DNA from: a virus
Taxonomy: Duplodnaviria > Caudoviricetes
IMG/VR virus record: IMGVR_UViG_3300017963_000048
Coordinates: 1-62,290 of that record
DNA length: 62,290 bases
Direction: 5' to 3' (one strand)
Of this stretch, positions 38,301 through 47,432 are shown one piece after another; the stretch's first letter is position 1, and each line of letters begins with the position of its first letter. Position numbers and translations under genes: made by a program. The notes beneath the pieces were generated by a model. It was not told the origin of the DNA and made no database searches. It worked only from the letters and a program-made list of their open reading frames with translations.

Positions 38301-39149
38301 TTAGCTCAGATCAAGGTCAATGCTGTCAGCTGAGATGTCAGCATTTTCTAGGCTGTGCGCACCTGGTGCGCCAATTTGCTTGGCAGCTGCCAGCAGCACT
38401 GCATGAAACTTGTGCCCTTCTTCCTGGCCTTCAACTTGCTCCATCAGATCAGCCAATAATTCTTCTGCCTCTTGGGGCACACTCATGCGCAAAATTGGCC
38501 AGCGGTCACTATCCACTACTTGGCCAATTTTACGACTGGTTTCTTCTAATTCCGGAAACTCAAAATTTTTCAAAGTTTGCAAGCGCTGCAAATCTTCCAC
38601 ATTTAAGCTGATGATCGCACCACCAGCATCAGCTGTTTTGCCAACTATCTCGGTATATTTGTCAAAATCCCACATGCGTGCCATGTCAGAAAAGGCAAAG
38701 TCACCACCCCCCATTGTCAAGTTATTGCTGTCAATTGCATAGGCCATTGCAGCTGCGCGGCTGACAGCATCAGTGCCAAAGAGAATAGACATCACCCACA
38801 GCCCGTTGCTTTTCAAGCTGGCCACACCGCGTGGGGTGTCTTTGCGCTCAGCTTTGCGCCACTCCTTTTGCAATAAGTGCAAAGCTTCAATGCGCCCATT
38901 TCCAGCTTTGATGGCACCTAATTCACCTTTGACATTAGTCAAATTGCCGTCAAATTTTGGCAACTCTTGAAAACCATGTTCTATAATAGATGCTTGCACT
39001 TGCTTTATATTGTGCAGTTTGGGATTATCTTCCCAAAGCAGCTTGACAGCATCATTGACTTTGACCAGCCCAATCCAGGGCATGTCATTTTCAATGATGT
39101 CATCTTTTTGAATGTTAGTGAATGAAAGATCAGCGACCAAGCTTGACAT
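38301..39149 (-). CDS. ParB/Srx-like N-terminal domain protein
   Basis: NPKLH....SI.EHGF, AGNGR.EA, A.DSN; heads modification operon; GGAGG RBS. Confidence 0.75.
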   Translation of the reverse strand: MSSLVADLSFTNIQKDDIIENDMPWIGLVKVNDAVKLLWEDNPKLHNIKQVQASIIEHGFQELPKFDGNLTNVKGELGAIKAGNGRIEALHLLQKEWRKAERKDTPRGVASLKSNGLWVMSILFGTDAVSRAAAMAYAIDSNNLTMGGGDFAFSDMARMWDFDKYTEIVGKTADAGGAIISLNVEDLQRLQTLKNFEFPELEETSRKIGQVVDSDRWPILRMSVPQEAEELLADLMEQVEGQEEGHKFHAVLLAAAKQIGAPGAHSLENADISADSIDLDLS

Positions 39150-39374
39150 TTTTTGTGCCTCCACACTGTTAGGTATTCTTGATCTTACTATAAAACCAGC
39201 ACAACATGCAAGCGCTGACCAATAAAATGTTGCTATAGCAACACCAGTGAAGCACAAAAATGCGGTTTTCCCGCATTTACAGCAGCACACTCTAATGCTG
39301 CATAGAGTGGCCACCACTGCGCTGCACTGGCTGCTTAAAATGTTGAAGCCAAGCACTTGGCTTGGCTTCAATGA

Positions 39375-39470
39375 ATGAAAGGGTGAATGGGGGGCACCCT
39401 TTTATTTTAGGTTGGGCAGCTGGTTACAAATCCTGGAGGGAGTCTGCTTCCGCACTGCCCCACTCGACAC
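39375..39470 (-). ncRNA. Candidate small RNA or riboswitch-like leader
   Basis: TTGACA(39505-39500)-17-TAAGAT promoter; GGGCAG/CUGCCC stem enclosing a GGAA tetraloop hairpin and CUCCCUCCAG; then AAAGGGUG/CACCCUUU hairpin. Confidence 0.55.
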
Positions 39471-39561
39471 TTCAATATCTTACCGCACGTTCACACCAGT
39501 GTCAAGCTAATTTTATACTACACCTCCAAAGTTCCATCTGGTGATAATTGTGCTTTCATTG

Positions 39562-40155
39562 TCAAGCTTTCACCTCTCTGAAGTTTTCACCATCGTACAA
39601 ACCAATTTTTGCACCAGCTTCAGTGGCACGTTTCCACAGCATGCTGCTGGCAATTGGTTTGTAACTGAAATTATCTTTGGGATTGATCACGCCTTTTCTG
39701 ACAGCTTGCTCAGCTTGCCATTTGCGTGGGAATACTGCAATCATGCCATTATAAGCCGCGGCACTGCCATTGCCATTGGCCACAATCCACACCTGCATGT
39801 GCTCAGCAAGCACACCGGGTGCAGTCAATTGCTCTACTGCAACGGCTGATGCACTTTCAGCTGCAAACGCTTCAGCCATTGCAACTGGATCAACTTCAGC
39901 CAAACGTGACAGCACACGCCGATTTTTTGGCCTGATGTCATGCTCTTGCAATTCACCAATTTCTTCAGCTAAGCTGGCAGCTTTGACCACCAACCTGTGC
40001 AGCGCTGCCAAAGCAGCGCTGCTGGTCATCCGACGGCTGGCAATAATGCTTTGATCAGTTTCAGCAATATTGCGGAGATATACTGTCATAGTGCCTATAT
40101 ATATATTCCAGGTCAACACTTTATTTTTGCGGTTTTGCTTTTTGTCAGTGGTCAT
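39562..40155 (-). CDS. Hypothetical protein
   Basis: Coupled ORF, native codon usage. Confidence 0.7.
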   Translation of the reverse strand: MTTDKKQNRKNKVLTWNIYIGTMTVYLRNIAETDQSIIASRRMTSSAALAALHRLVVKAASLAEEIGELQEHDIRPKNRRVLSRLAEVDPVAMAEAFAAESASAVAVEQLTAPGVLAEHMQVWIVANGNGSAAAYNGMIAVFPRKWQAEQAVRKGVINPKDNFSYKPIASSMLWKRATEAGAKIGLYDGENFREVKA

Positions 40156-40156
40156 G

Positions 40157-41557
40157 TTACACACCCACCATGTTGACTGCTGGCTCTAGTTGGGCAGCAC
40201 GTGGCTTGCGCCTGCTGACTGGCATGGTCAACTGGTCACTGTCAATCTCACCTGACAAATGCTTGCGCGCACGTTTGCGCTGTGCGTTGCTTGGCAGCAA
40301 TTCAGCAGTGGCTGCTTTACCGCTGCGTGTGTATTGACCCAACTCCATCAAAGCTGACTTGCTGAGCACTTCAACTGCTTCTAAGTTGCGGGTGATTTTT
40401 GCCACTGCTTCTTTGTCACGTGTTTGACTGCGAATGTCCACGAGTGAAGCTTGCATACTCTGCACCATCAAATCTATATCTGGCATCTGGCCACCAGCAC
40501 CCCGCACTTGCTCAGCAAGTTTGATCATGTTTTCAAGCTGCAAAACGCTGCGAGGATGAAAGTATTGATTTTTCTGGGTAGTTTTCAGCATGCTGCTGGT
40601 GGCTTCATTGAAAATACTGTGCAGCCTGGTCACGTAATTGACCATAAACTCGTCAACGATAGCACTTTGCTTTTCACGGGCTTCATTGAAAACTCGCTCG
40701 TGCATTTTACGCTTGGCGAAAACTTCAGCTTCAGCCACTTCACGTGCAGCCCAAATTTGATCTTGCTTTTCACGCTCTGCTAAGTTTTGCATGCGCTTTG
40801 CATGCGCTGCACGTTCATACTCTGTGTCTAACTCCAAGCGTGCTGCTGCTTGCTCAGCTTGACTGGCAGCAATGGCTGCTTTCTCACCTTCAATCAATGA
40901 TGGTAGAGGCACATAAGTCAATTCCCAAGTCACACTGAAACTGTCTCTGACTTCTTCACGTGGTGGCAGGGCATCAATTTTGGCTTGGGCATAATTGGCT
41001 GCAAATTCAGCCTCAGTCATATCTGGCTGCACTTTCATGGTGCGAAACGCTTGTGTGCCAGCAGCCAGTGACTCGTCATACAAGTCATTTTGAAACTGCT
41101 CCCAACCAGCTTCGCTGCACATGTCATCTGCCCACGTGTAAACTTGGCTCTGAATGCTGTCAAGTTCTTCAATTGCATCAGCAAAACTTTGTGCTGTCAA
41201 AAAATCCCCATAATGTGTGTGGATACTGCCATATTTTTTGGGCACATTGCGCACACGTGTTTCTGCTGACTGATAACGCTTAGACCAAGCGCTTGGCATG
41301 TTTAAGCGATAGCCAAGCTTGATCTGCTTGGCAGCTTCACGCTCTAGTGCTTTGTCAGTGCTGGTGATGCCTAAATCAGCCAGAGTCAATTTTTGAGTGG
41401 CTCGCCAGCGTGACACGTGCACCGTGAGCAATACGCCTTCATCCATAAACTTCAACCATTGGGGATCTAACGTTTGAATGTCATCAGCTGCCACACCAAG
41501 CTGCGTGGCCAGTGCTAAGCGTTGCTCTCTAGTTACTTCTTGAATTTTCTCAATCAT
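40157..41557 (-). CDS. DUF3150-like coiled-coil protein
   Basis: GVLLTVHVSRWRA..KL...DLG...LG.R.. N-terminal pattern. Confidence 0.55.
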   Translation of the reverse strand: MIEKIQEVTREQRLALATQLGVAADDIQTLDPQWLKFMDEGVLLTVHVSRWRATQKLTLADLGITSTDKALEREAAKQIKLGYRLNMPSAWSKRYQSAETRVRNVPKKYGSIHTHYGDFLTAQSFADAIEELDSIQSQVYTWADDMCSEAGWEQFQNDLYDESLAAGTQAFRTMKVQPDMTEAEFAANYAQAKIDALPPREEVRDSFSVTWELTYVPLPSLIEGEKAAIAASQAEQAAARLELDTEYERAAHAKRMQNLAEREKQDQIWAAREVAEAEVFAKRKMHERVFNEAREKQSAIVDEFMVNYVTRLHSIFNEATSSMLKTTQKNQYFHPRSVLQLENMIKLAEQVRGAGGQMPDIDLMVQSMQASLVDIRSQTRDKEAVAKITRNLEAVEVLSKSALMELGQYTRSGKAATAELLPSNAQRKRARKHLSGEIDSDQLTMPVSRRKPRAAQLEPAVNMVGV

Positions 41558-41880
41558 GATTTTATCTCCGACAAACCAGCTGTGGCAGCTTCACGCAAAA
41601 AGCGTGCTGCATTGTCACGTGACCAGACTGACTCCTCTTGCATTTTAATGATCTCAATTTGGTATGCGTTTGCACGCTCAGCTCTAATCATGAAATCAAG
41701 TATAACCGGGTCAGTGGCTTCATGATCACCAGCACATGGTGTGGTGACAATTTCACCAATGCAAAGCTGATAGCCTGCATCTAGCAGCTGCAAAATCAGC
41801 GCTTCAATGGCAGCCTGATCAGCTTCACCAACGATGAATGGTATGGCATTTTCGTTTTGATCAATTGCGTAAAATTTCAT
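41554..41880 (-). CDS. Hypothetical protein
   Basis: CTGGAGG RBS and CA-rich leader. Confidence 0.7.
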   Translation of the reverse strand: MKFYAIDQNENAIPFIVGEADQAAIEALILQLLDAGYQLCIGEIVTTPCAGDHEATDPVILDFMIRAERANAYQIEIIKMQEESVWSRDNAARFLREAATAGLSEIKS

Positions 41881-41927
41881 TTTGTTTGGCCTCCAGACCT
41901 TCAAAAAGTGTGTCAAGTGTGTGAGTG

Positions 41928-42269
41928 TTATTTAGTGGCAGCTTCAGCCACAGCGAGTGCTTCAGCTTCAGTGAGTGGTGCCCAATAACCAATGGGATCA
42001 ACGTCAGGAAAGCGCACAGTCAAACGTGCTTGAATGGCTGCAAAGCGTGTGCTGCTTTTCAAGTTGGCCATGATCAAATCATGCAGTGGCTGCTGTGGTG
42101 GCAATTCACCAGCCCACATGTCAGCTGACAGTGCATCAGGATCATCACGATACACCAATGGCATGCAGTGCAAAAACTGCTCCCACTTTTGGCAAAAGCG
42201 CTCGGCGTGCTGGTGTGCATCACTAAGCTGTTTTTCAGTTGGTTGGTTGGTGCTTTCAATGATTAGCAT
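41928..42269 (-). CDS. Hypothetical protein
   Basis: CTGGAGG RBS, own promoter 42344-42373. Confidence 0.75.
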   Translation of the reverse strand: MLIIESTNQPTEKQLSDAHQHAERFCQKWEQFLHCMPLVYRDDPDALSADMWAGELPPQQPLHDLIMANLKSSTRFAAIQARLTVRFPDVDPIGYWAPLTEAEALAVAEAATK

Positions 42270-42343
42270 TTTTTTGACCTCCAGTCAAATGTGTGCGCAG
42301 CAGTGTGTCAGTGCTGCGTGTGTGAGTGCTTGAACGCGATGCC

Positions 42344-42373
42344 ATTATAATGCAAACTTTATAACACTGTCAA
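42344..42373 (-). promoter_or_regulatory. Sigma70-type promoter
   Basis: TTGACA-18-TATAAT with degenerate TATAAAG..ATTATA inverted repeat. Confidence 0.8.
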
Positions 42374-42409
42374 GCCAGCTAATGTGCCAATTTAAACGCT
42401 TGGCAAGAC

Positions 42410-42450
42410 AAAAAAAAGCTGCACTGACTACGGAACAAAGTCAGTGCAGC
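42410..42450 (-). terminator. Rho-independent terminator
   Basis: GCTGCACTGACT stem pair plus U8 on minus strand. Confidence 0.8.
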
Positions 42451-42486
42451 AACACGCTGTGGGATACGAGTCACAGCAGCAGTGTT

Positions 42487-43101
42487 TTATGTGATCAGCT
42501 TCAGCAGTTCATCTGCTCCTTCAGGGCCAACACCAGTGATGCGAATGACACCATCACCACTGAAACCTACCTCCCACTCTGGCACGCTTTCAAATTCATG
42601 CAATTGATGTTTGCGCGTGACCATGATGATCTCTTTATTATGACTTCCAATGTAACCAGCAGCAGCACGCTGCGTGACATCGTACCGGCCAGCAATGACC
42701 ACATCCACATGCTGCATGATATAGGCCACATGCTGGTTGGTATTAATCATGGATTCAAGTTGCAAGCTGTTGAAGCCAGTCAGCACAATGATTGACAGGT
42801 CAGGATGATAATTGCGCAAAGCTTCAACCAGTTCGGCCACAGCTTCAGCTTGCTGCAATGGTTCGCCACCACTGATGGTGATGCCATCCAAGCCAGCACT
42901 GCGCTGTGCTGGTGACTGCAAATTCAGCATGGCCAGTAGTTCGCCAGTGCTCAGCACATCACCACCAGCTTGGCTGTGTGTTGGTTTATTGAAGCAAAAC
43001 GCACAGCCAAGCGTGCAGCCTTGATACCAAACTACCATGCGCTTCCCGGGTCCATTGGCCACGCTGCGTGGCATGATGTCATGAATATTGTGGGTCACCA
43101 T
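42487..43101 (-). CDS. Radical SAM protein, NrdG/activase-like 4Fe-4S
   Basis: NGPGKR.VVW.QGCTLGCAFCFN, GITISGGEP, D..IAGRY. Confidence 0.88.
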   Translation of the reverse strand: MVTHNIHDIMPRSVANGPGKRMVVWYQGCTLGCAFCFNKPTHSQAGGDVLSTGELLAMLNLQSPAQRSAGLDGITISGGEPLQQAEAVAELVEALRNYHPDLSIIVLTGFNSLQLESMINTNQHVAYIMQHVDVVIAGRYDVTQRAAAGYIGSHNKEIIMVTRKHQLHEFESVPEWEVGFSGDGVIRITGVGPEGADELLKLIT

Positions 43102-43727
43102 GTGGTTTGCTCCAAGTCAGCACCAAACTGGTCAACTTGAAAATATTCCGGCTTGGCTTGAAAATCAATTTGACCATCTAACAGCTGGTCAAATGCACTG
43201 GTGATGCTCTGACACTCAGCACCAGTGACACCAGTCACGTGCTCGATGACTTCACCATCTGCATCCACGATAATTTCAACACGTGCCAAGGCTTTGACAT
43301 CAGCACGCTGCATGTCAATCTGATAACCGGCACCCACCATGTCAGCACCAACTTGGTCAAATTGCTGCTGCGCATAAACCATTGCAGCTGCTTGGCCCAC
43401 ATAGCGCTGCGTCACTTCAACCATCAGCTGTTTAGCAGTTTTGTTGGTAGCATAGCAGTCAGCTTGCAATTCATAATACACGCCTTTGTCATCATGCTTG
43501 GCCACAAAACCAAAATTGCGCAATTCAGCTTTGGCTGCTTTGTTGCGCTTTTCAATTTGGTATGCTGCCAAAATGTTGACTGGTGTTTTTTGCCAGGGAG
43601 TGACTGCGGTCAAGCTGTTCTCATCAGTCAAGCTGGCTTCAATGAAATAACCAAGCTCCAAAAGTGCTTGCACCAGCAAATCTTTACTGCGCAATTTTGC
43701 GCCTTTGATCTTTGTAATGTGTGACAT
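43095..43727 (-). CDS. DUF1257 (Ycf35-like) + DUF2997 fusion
   Basis: MSHITKIK...L..AL.ELG, QRY; C-terminal DGEV...V.GVTGAECQSIT...KPEYFQ. Confidence 0.72.
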   Translation of the reverse strand: MSHITKIKGAKLRSKDLLVQALLELGYFIEASLTDENSLTAVTPWQKTPVNILAAYQIEKRNKAAKAELRNFGFVAKHDDKGVYYELQADCYATNKTAKQLMVEVTQRYVGQAAAMVYAQQQFDQVGADMVGAGYQIDMQRADVKALARVEIIVDADGEVIEHVTGVTGAECQSITSAFDQLLDGQIDFQAKPEYFQVDQFGADLEQTTW

Positions 43728-43728
43728 T

Positions 43729-44121
43729 TTATGCTCTCCCGTTTGCTTGCCAGCTGTATTGGTTGGCTTTGATCACTGTCAAGTGCAAACCAAACGCACG
43801 CACAGTGCCAGCAAACTGACCAGCTGCATTGATGTGTAAATTGCGCACAGTCCTGATGGCTGTGCGTGTGCCATTGCTGCCACTGTTGAACTGATACCCA
43901 ATATCATCACCATTGATGACAATGAATTGATCACCAATGCGATCAGCTTCAGCTTCAACGATTCTATACTTGGCAGCTTCAGCGCTTTTGCTCAGCATGC
44001 CATTGCCCGTGAGCAAGTCAACTGTATAATCCAACTGGCTTTGGGCAGCTTCAGCAGTCAGTTTGGCATTGCCACCAATCAGCTGACCACTTTGCTTTTC
44101 AATCACTTTGAAAACTTTCAT
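43729..44121 (-). CDS. Hypothetical protein
   Basis: CTGGAGG RBS; promoter TTGACC-18-TATAAT at 44161-44190. Confidence 0.75.
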   Translation of the reverse strand: MKVFKVIEKQSGQLIGGNAKLTAEAAQSQLDYTVDLLTGNGMLSKSAEAAKYRIVEAEADRIGDQFIVINGDDIGYQFNSGSNGTRTAIRTVRNLHINAAGQFAGTVRAFGLHLTVIKANQYSWQANGRA

Positions 44122-44186
44122 TTTTTGACCTCCAGTCAAATGTGTGTGAGTGTTGGTAACATTATAAAGCTAACTTTATAGAATGG

Positions 44187-44726
44187 TCAAGATACAAAAA
44201 ACAAATGGCTGATATTTTCGCCCATCTTCAGTGTGTCAGTGGTTTGAATGCAGGTCAGTGGAAATCTGCTGCGCAGCCAGTCATGCCCAACTGCATTCAA
44301 AGGCAAACTGTGCAGCGCTTGACCAGCTGCATTGTACATTTCCAGCAGATAACCATTTTCGTCACCACGCAAACCATCTATGCTATCCAGCCAACTGACC
44401 AAATTTTGCAGCTGATGGTTTGCAATTTCAGCACCATCACCATTAAGCACCACAGCCAGTGGCAGTGCATCACAGCCATTGACGTGCAGCTTAAGCAGCA
44501 GCATCTGCACAGCCTCAGCTGGCACACTTGGCTGCTGATCAGCTGCACGTGTGTCATGCTTGCAAACCAGTTGCACCACCACTGACCAAAACAAAGTGCG
44601 CCAAACTTGCTGTGGCTTTAATGTGGCACCTTTGTCAATCAACCACGCTGGCCCACTCCAACGGTGCTGCTGGCCATCTGTACAGGATATCCATAATGTT
44701 TTTTTATACTCCCATTTATTGCTCAT
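44187..44726 (-). CDS. Hypothetical protein
   Basis: GAGGAG RBS. Confidence 0.7.
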   Translation of the reverse strand: MSNKWEYKKTLWISCTDGQQHRWSGPAWLIDKGATLKPQQVWRTLFWSVVVQLVCKHDTRAADQQPSVPAEAVQMLLLKLHVNGCDALPLAVVLNGDGAEIANHQLQNLVSWLDSIDGLRGDENGYLLEMYNAAGQALHSLPLNAVGHDWLRSRFPLTCIQTTDTLKMGENISHLFFVS

Positions 44727-44934
44727 TTTTTTGCTCCTCGATTAGGTAAGTTTGAAAATGCAAGCGCACACGCTCGATATAAAAGCAGTTTGCGCATTTA
44801 ATAGTGACTGCCAAGCAGTCAAATATTCTGTCAAAGCCTAGCAGATCCGGCTGGCCTAGTTCAATGGTGAAACTTTCACCACACATGCTGCACGTCACTT
44901 GCAAATTGCCTGCAATCATAATTTTTCTCCTCAC
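44716..44934 (-). CDS. Small Zn-ribbon protein
   Basis: CSMCG...CANC. Confidence 0.65.
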   Translation of the reverse strand: MRRKIMIAGNLQVTCSMCGESFTIELGQPDLLGFDRIFDCLAVTIKCANCFYIERVRLHFQTYLIEEQKNEQ

Positions 44935-44993
44935 TTGGTGGTGTTGCTCAGCTGCGTTGCTGTAGCAACACCACCAAAATTGACATCATAATT

Positions 44994-46823
44994 TTATAGC
45001 TTGCGCCCACCAGTTCTGCGTTCCACTTCCAGTGCTTCAGTTATGCGTGCATCCACTTCAGCCCGATTTTCAGCAATTTCAGCACGATACTGTGGTGGCA
45101 AGTAGTCAATATCGTTGACAGCTGCAATGGCCAAATCTTCAAAAAGTTGGTTTTCACGCTGATCTGGCACTACAATTTTAGTGCTGGCCTCTGTCATGAA
45201 TTGAATGAAGTCAGCAGCTGTGCAAGTTTCCAGCGTTTGACCGGCTTTATACATGATGCTCTTGGCTTTGTTAGCGCTGCGCTCTATATAAGCACCAGTC
45301 CACTTGTCGGTGTTATCCAAGTATGCTGCTGTAATGTCATTCGTCACAAAAGTGCGCTGCGCAGCTTTGCTGGCCATCACAGCTGCAATGCTGGCACGTT
45401 CTTCAGCAGCTGGCACTGTGAAAGCTTGCACCACGTCAAAACGTCCTGGCCTTTTCAAAGCACCATCAATATAATCTGGCCGGTTGGTGGCTGCCAGGAA
45501 AATGATGTCACCACGATGACTGGTGTCACCAATAAATTCAAGCCAGCCAGCAAACATGCCTTTTTCTGTTTCATGACTGTCAGCACCACCACGCCCCATT
45601 TGCTGGTCAATTTCATCCAAAAACACCACGCATGGTGCAAAAGCACGCAGCGCTCTGAATAGCTTTTCCTGATTTCGTCCAGTGCTGCCCACATATTTGT
45701 CACGCAGCTTGCGCAAGTTGACTTTGACTGCATTGATCTTGGCTTCAAAGGCAATCGCTTCAGCCATGATTGACTTGCCAGTTCCAGGTGCTCCCGCAAA
45801 CAGCACCCCCATTGGTACGATGCTTTTCATTTCACTGTCACCACTCAGCATTGGTGCAATGACATCAGTTTCAAAGTAATCTTTGATCCACTGCAAGCCA
45901 CCAATGTGATCAAAGCCAAAGCGTGGATACCAGACTTCCAAAACTTCACCATATTCTGACTTAATGATCTCTTGTTTGCGTGCAGCCACGTGTGCAGCAT
46001 CCAACCAGCCCACCTCATCAGCACGCATGAAAATATCTTCAATGTGCAAGCACTGCAAGCCACTGGTGAGCGCTGCAATTTGGTGGTCACTCATTTCAGT
46101 TGAAAATCCAAAGCTGCCAGTATCTTTGTACCAGTCAATGAAGTGCAAGCGCTCATTATAGTCAGGCATGCACATTTCAATCAGTTCAATGCGTGATGAA
46201 GCACTCTGCAAGTTGCTGTGAATATCAGCCAAGTTTTGTGTAATCAAGCACACCACATTGGCACTGGCTGCAATAGTTTTGTCGCGCCCCCAAGTCAGCG
46301 CTGTGGCCAAATTGATGCGATCACCAGCGTTGCCACTGTTGCCAGCTGGAAATAATAAGTCAGCATTTTTCACAATGACAGCTGCTTTTTTGGGTGTTGA
46401 AGCCTCACCAGCTGCAATGGCTTTGGCCAAGTCAGCATCAATGTCAGCTGTGCAGCGCAGCAAACGTGTGATCAACATCAAAGCCACGCCAGGATTATGC
46501 TGCATTGGTCCTTGCTGGCCCATGATCACACCAGCTGCTTGGGCTTGCGGTCTGTTTTGCGTGGCCTCCAAACCAAGCGCCTGCAAAAATGCACGCTTAT
46601 TAGGTTCTTCTGGCTGGCCACTGTCAAACGGAAAGCTGAAGCCTTCAGCAATGTCGTACACGACTGTAATTTCGGCGTGCAGCAAGTTGATTAAAGCAGT
46701 TTCCAGTGGCAAGCCTGGCACTGCAAAATCCTGCGTATTGCCATGCAGCAAAAAAGCATGCGCAATTGAAGCACCATACTTTTCACTTAAGTCACTTGCC
46801 CAATTTGGTTGATAAGTAGTCAT
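44994..46823 (-). CDS. AAA+ ATPase, Ycf46/CDC48-like, with degenerate N-terminal AAA domain
   Basis: Walker A GAPGTGKS, Walker B VFLDEID, SRH ATNRPD..D.ALKRPGRFD. Confidence 0.9.
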   Translation of the reverse strand: MTTYQPNWASDLSEKYGASIAHAFLLHGNTQDFAVPGLPLETALINLLHAEITVVYDIAEGFSFPFDSGQPEEPNKRAFLQALGLEATQNRPQAQAAGVIMGQQGPMQHNPGVALMLITRLLRCTADIDADLAKAIAAGEASTPKKAAVIVKNADLLFPAGNSGNAGDRINLATALTWGRDKTIAASANVVCLITQNLADIHSNLQSASSRIELIEMCMPDYNERLHFIDWYKDTGSFGFSTEMSDHQIAALTSGLQCLHIEDIFMRADEVGWLDAAHVAARKQEIIKSEYGEVLEVWYPRFGFDHIGGLQWIKDYFETDVIAPMLSGDSEMKSIVPMGVLFAGAPGTGKSIMAEAIAFEAKINAVKVNLRKLRDKYVGSTGRNQEKLFRALRAFAPCVVFLDEIDQQMGRGGADSHETEKGMFAGWLEFIGDTSHRGDIIFLAATNRPDYIDGALKRPGRFDVVQAFTVPAAEERASIAAVMASKAAQRTFVTNDITAAYLDNTDKWTGAYIERSANKAKSIMYKAGQTLETCTAADFIQFMTEASTKIVVPDQRENQLFEDLAIAAVNDIDYLPPQYRAEIAENRAEVDARITEALEVERRTGGRKL

Positions 46824-46897
46824 TTTTTTGCCTCCAGTTTGCAAAAAGTGTGTCACGTGCAGTGTGTCAGCTGCACTGTGTAAAATTGTGTAAAATC

Positions 46898-46927
46898 ATT
46901 ATAAAGTCAAAAGCTGCAATGTGTCAA
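46898..46927 (-). promoter_or_regulatory. Sigma70-type promoter for AAA gene
   Basis: TTGACA-18-TATAAT. Confidence 0.8.
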
Positions 46928-47084
46928 GCTGGTTTTATAGCTTTATGATGTCAAGTTTTTAGGATGTGGATACTAACTAGCTTGCTTAAAGCATAATTTA
47001 ACAGTTAAGTAGTTATGCAACTTAATTGAAACTACTTACTTAACTTAACGTGCAGTCAGTGCACAGCTGCACGCTTCAAACCAG

Positions 47085-47166
47085 TGCAAGCAGTGCACAG
47101 TTGGCTGCTGTCACGTTGCAAGCAGTGCACAGTTGGCTGCTGTCACGTTGCAAGCAGTGCACAGTT
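47085..47166. repeat. 32-bp tandem repeat x2.5
   Basis: Unit TGCAAGCAGTGCACAGTTGGCTGCTGTCACGT. Confidence 0.9.
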
Positions 47167-47265
47167 AAAAGCAAATGCCCGTTGCTGTAGCAACGGGCAT
47201 GCACGCCTATTCGATAACGATCAAGTACCCAATCGGGTGGAGGATCGGCGCGTTTGAATTGTACC

Positions 47266-47427
47266 TCAAATCTTGCTAAAAGCAGCCAGCACAATGGCAA
47301 TGACCACAGCCATGCCTAGCAAGAAAAAACCAGTGCCATTGCTCAGCGGGTGAAATAACAAAATGCAGCCACACACCAAGCAAGTGGCCAAAGCCAGCAC
47401 CAAAACACCTTTGACAAAATTAAACAT
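47266..47427 (-). CDS. Small two-TM protein (53 aa, not in ORF track)
   Basis: GAGGAG RBS; MFNFVKGVLVLALATCLVCGCILLFHPLSNGTGFFLLGMAVVIAIVLAAFSKI. Confidence 0.65.
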   Translation of the reverse strand: MFNFVKGVLVLALATCLVCGCILLFHPLSNGTGFFLLGMAVVIAIVLAAFSKI

Positions 47428-47432
47428 GATCT

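Noticed and set aside
42487-43101. QueE completing the preQ0 pathway
   Set aside because: Motifs (NGPG.R..VW.QGC...C..CFN) fit NrdG/activase-like enzymes, and the gene is linked to the DUF1257/AAA module rather than queC
42487-43101. Maturase for the RiPP-like peptide
   Set aside because: Short, with no SPASM or RRE domain visible, and 11 kb away in a different expression block
47085-47166. CRISPR mini-array
   Set aside because: 32-bp units are directly tandem with no spacers, and no cas genes are seen
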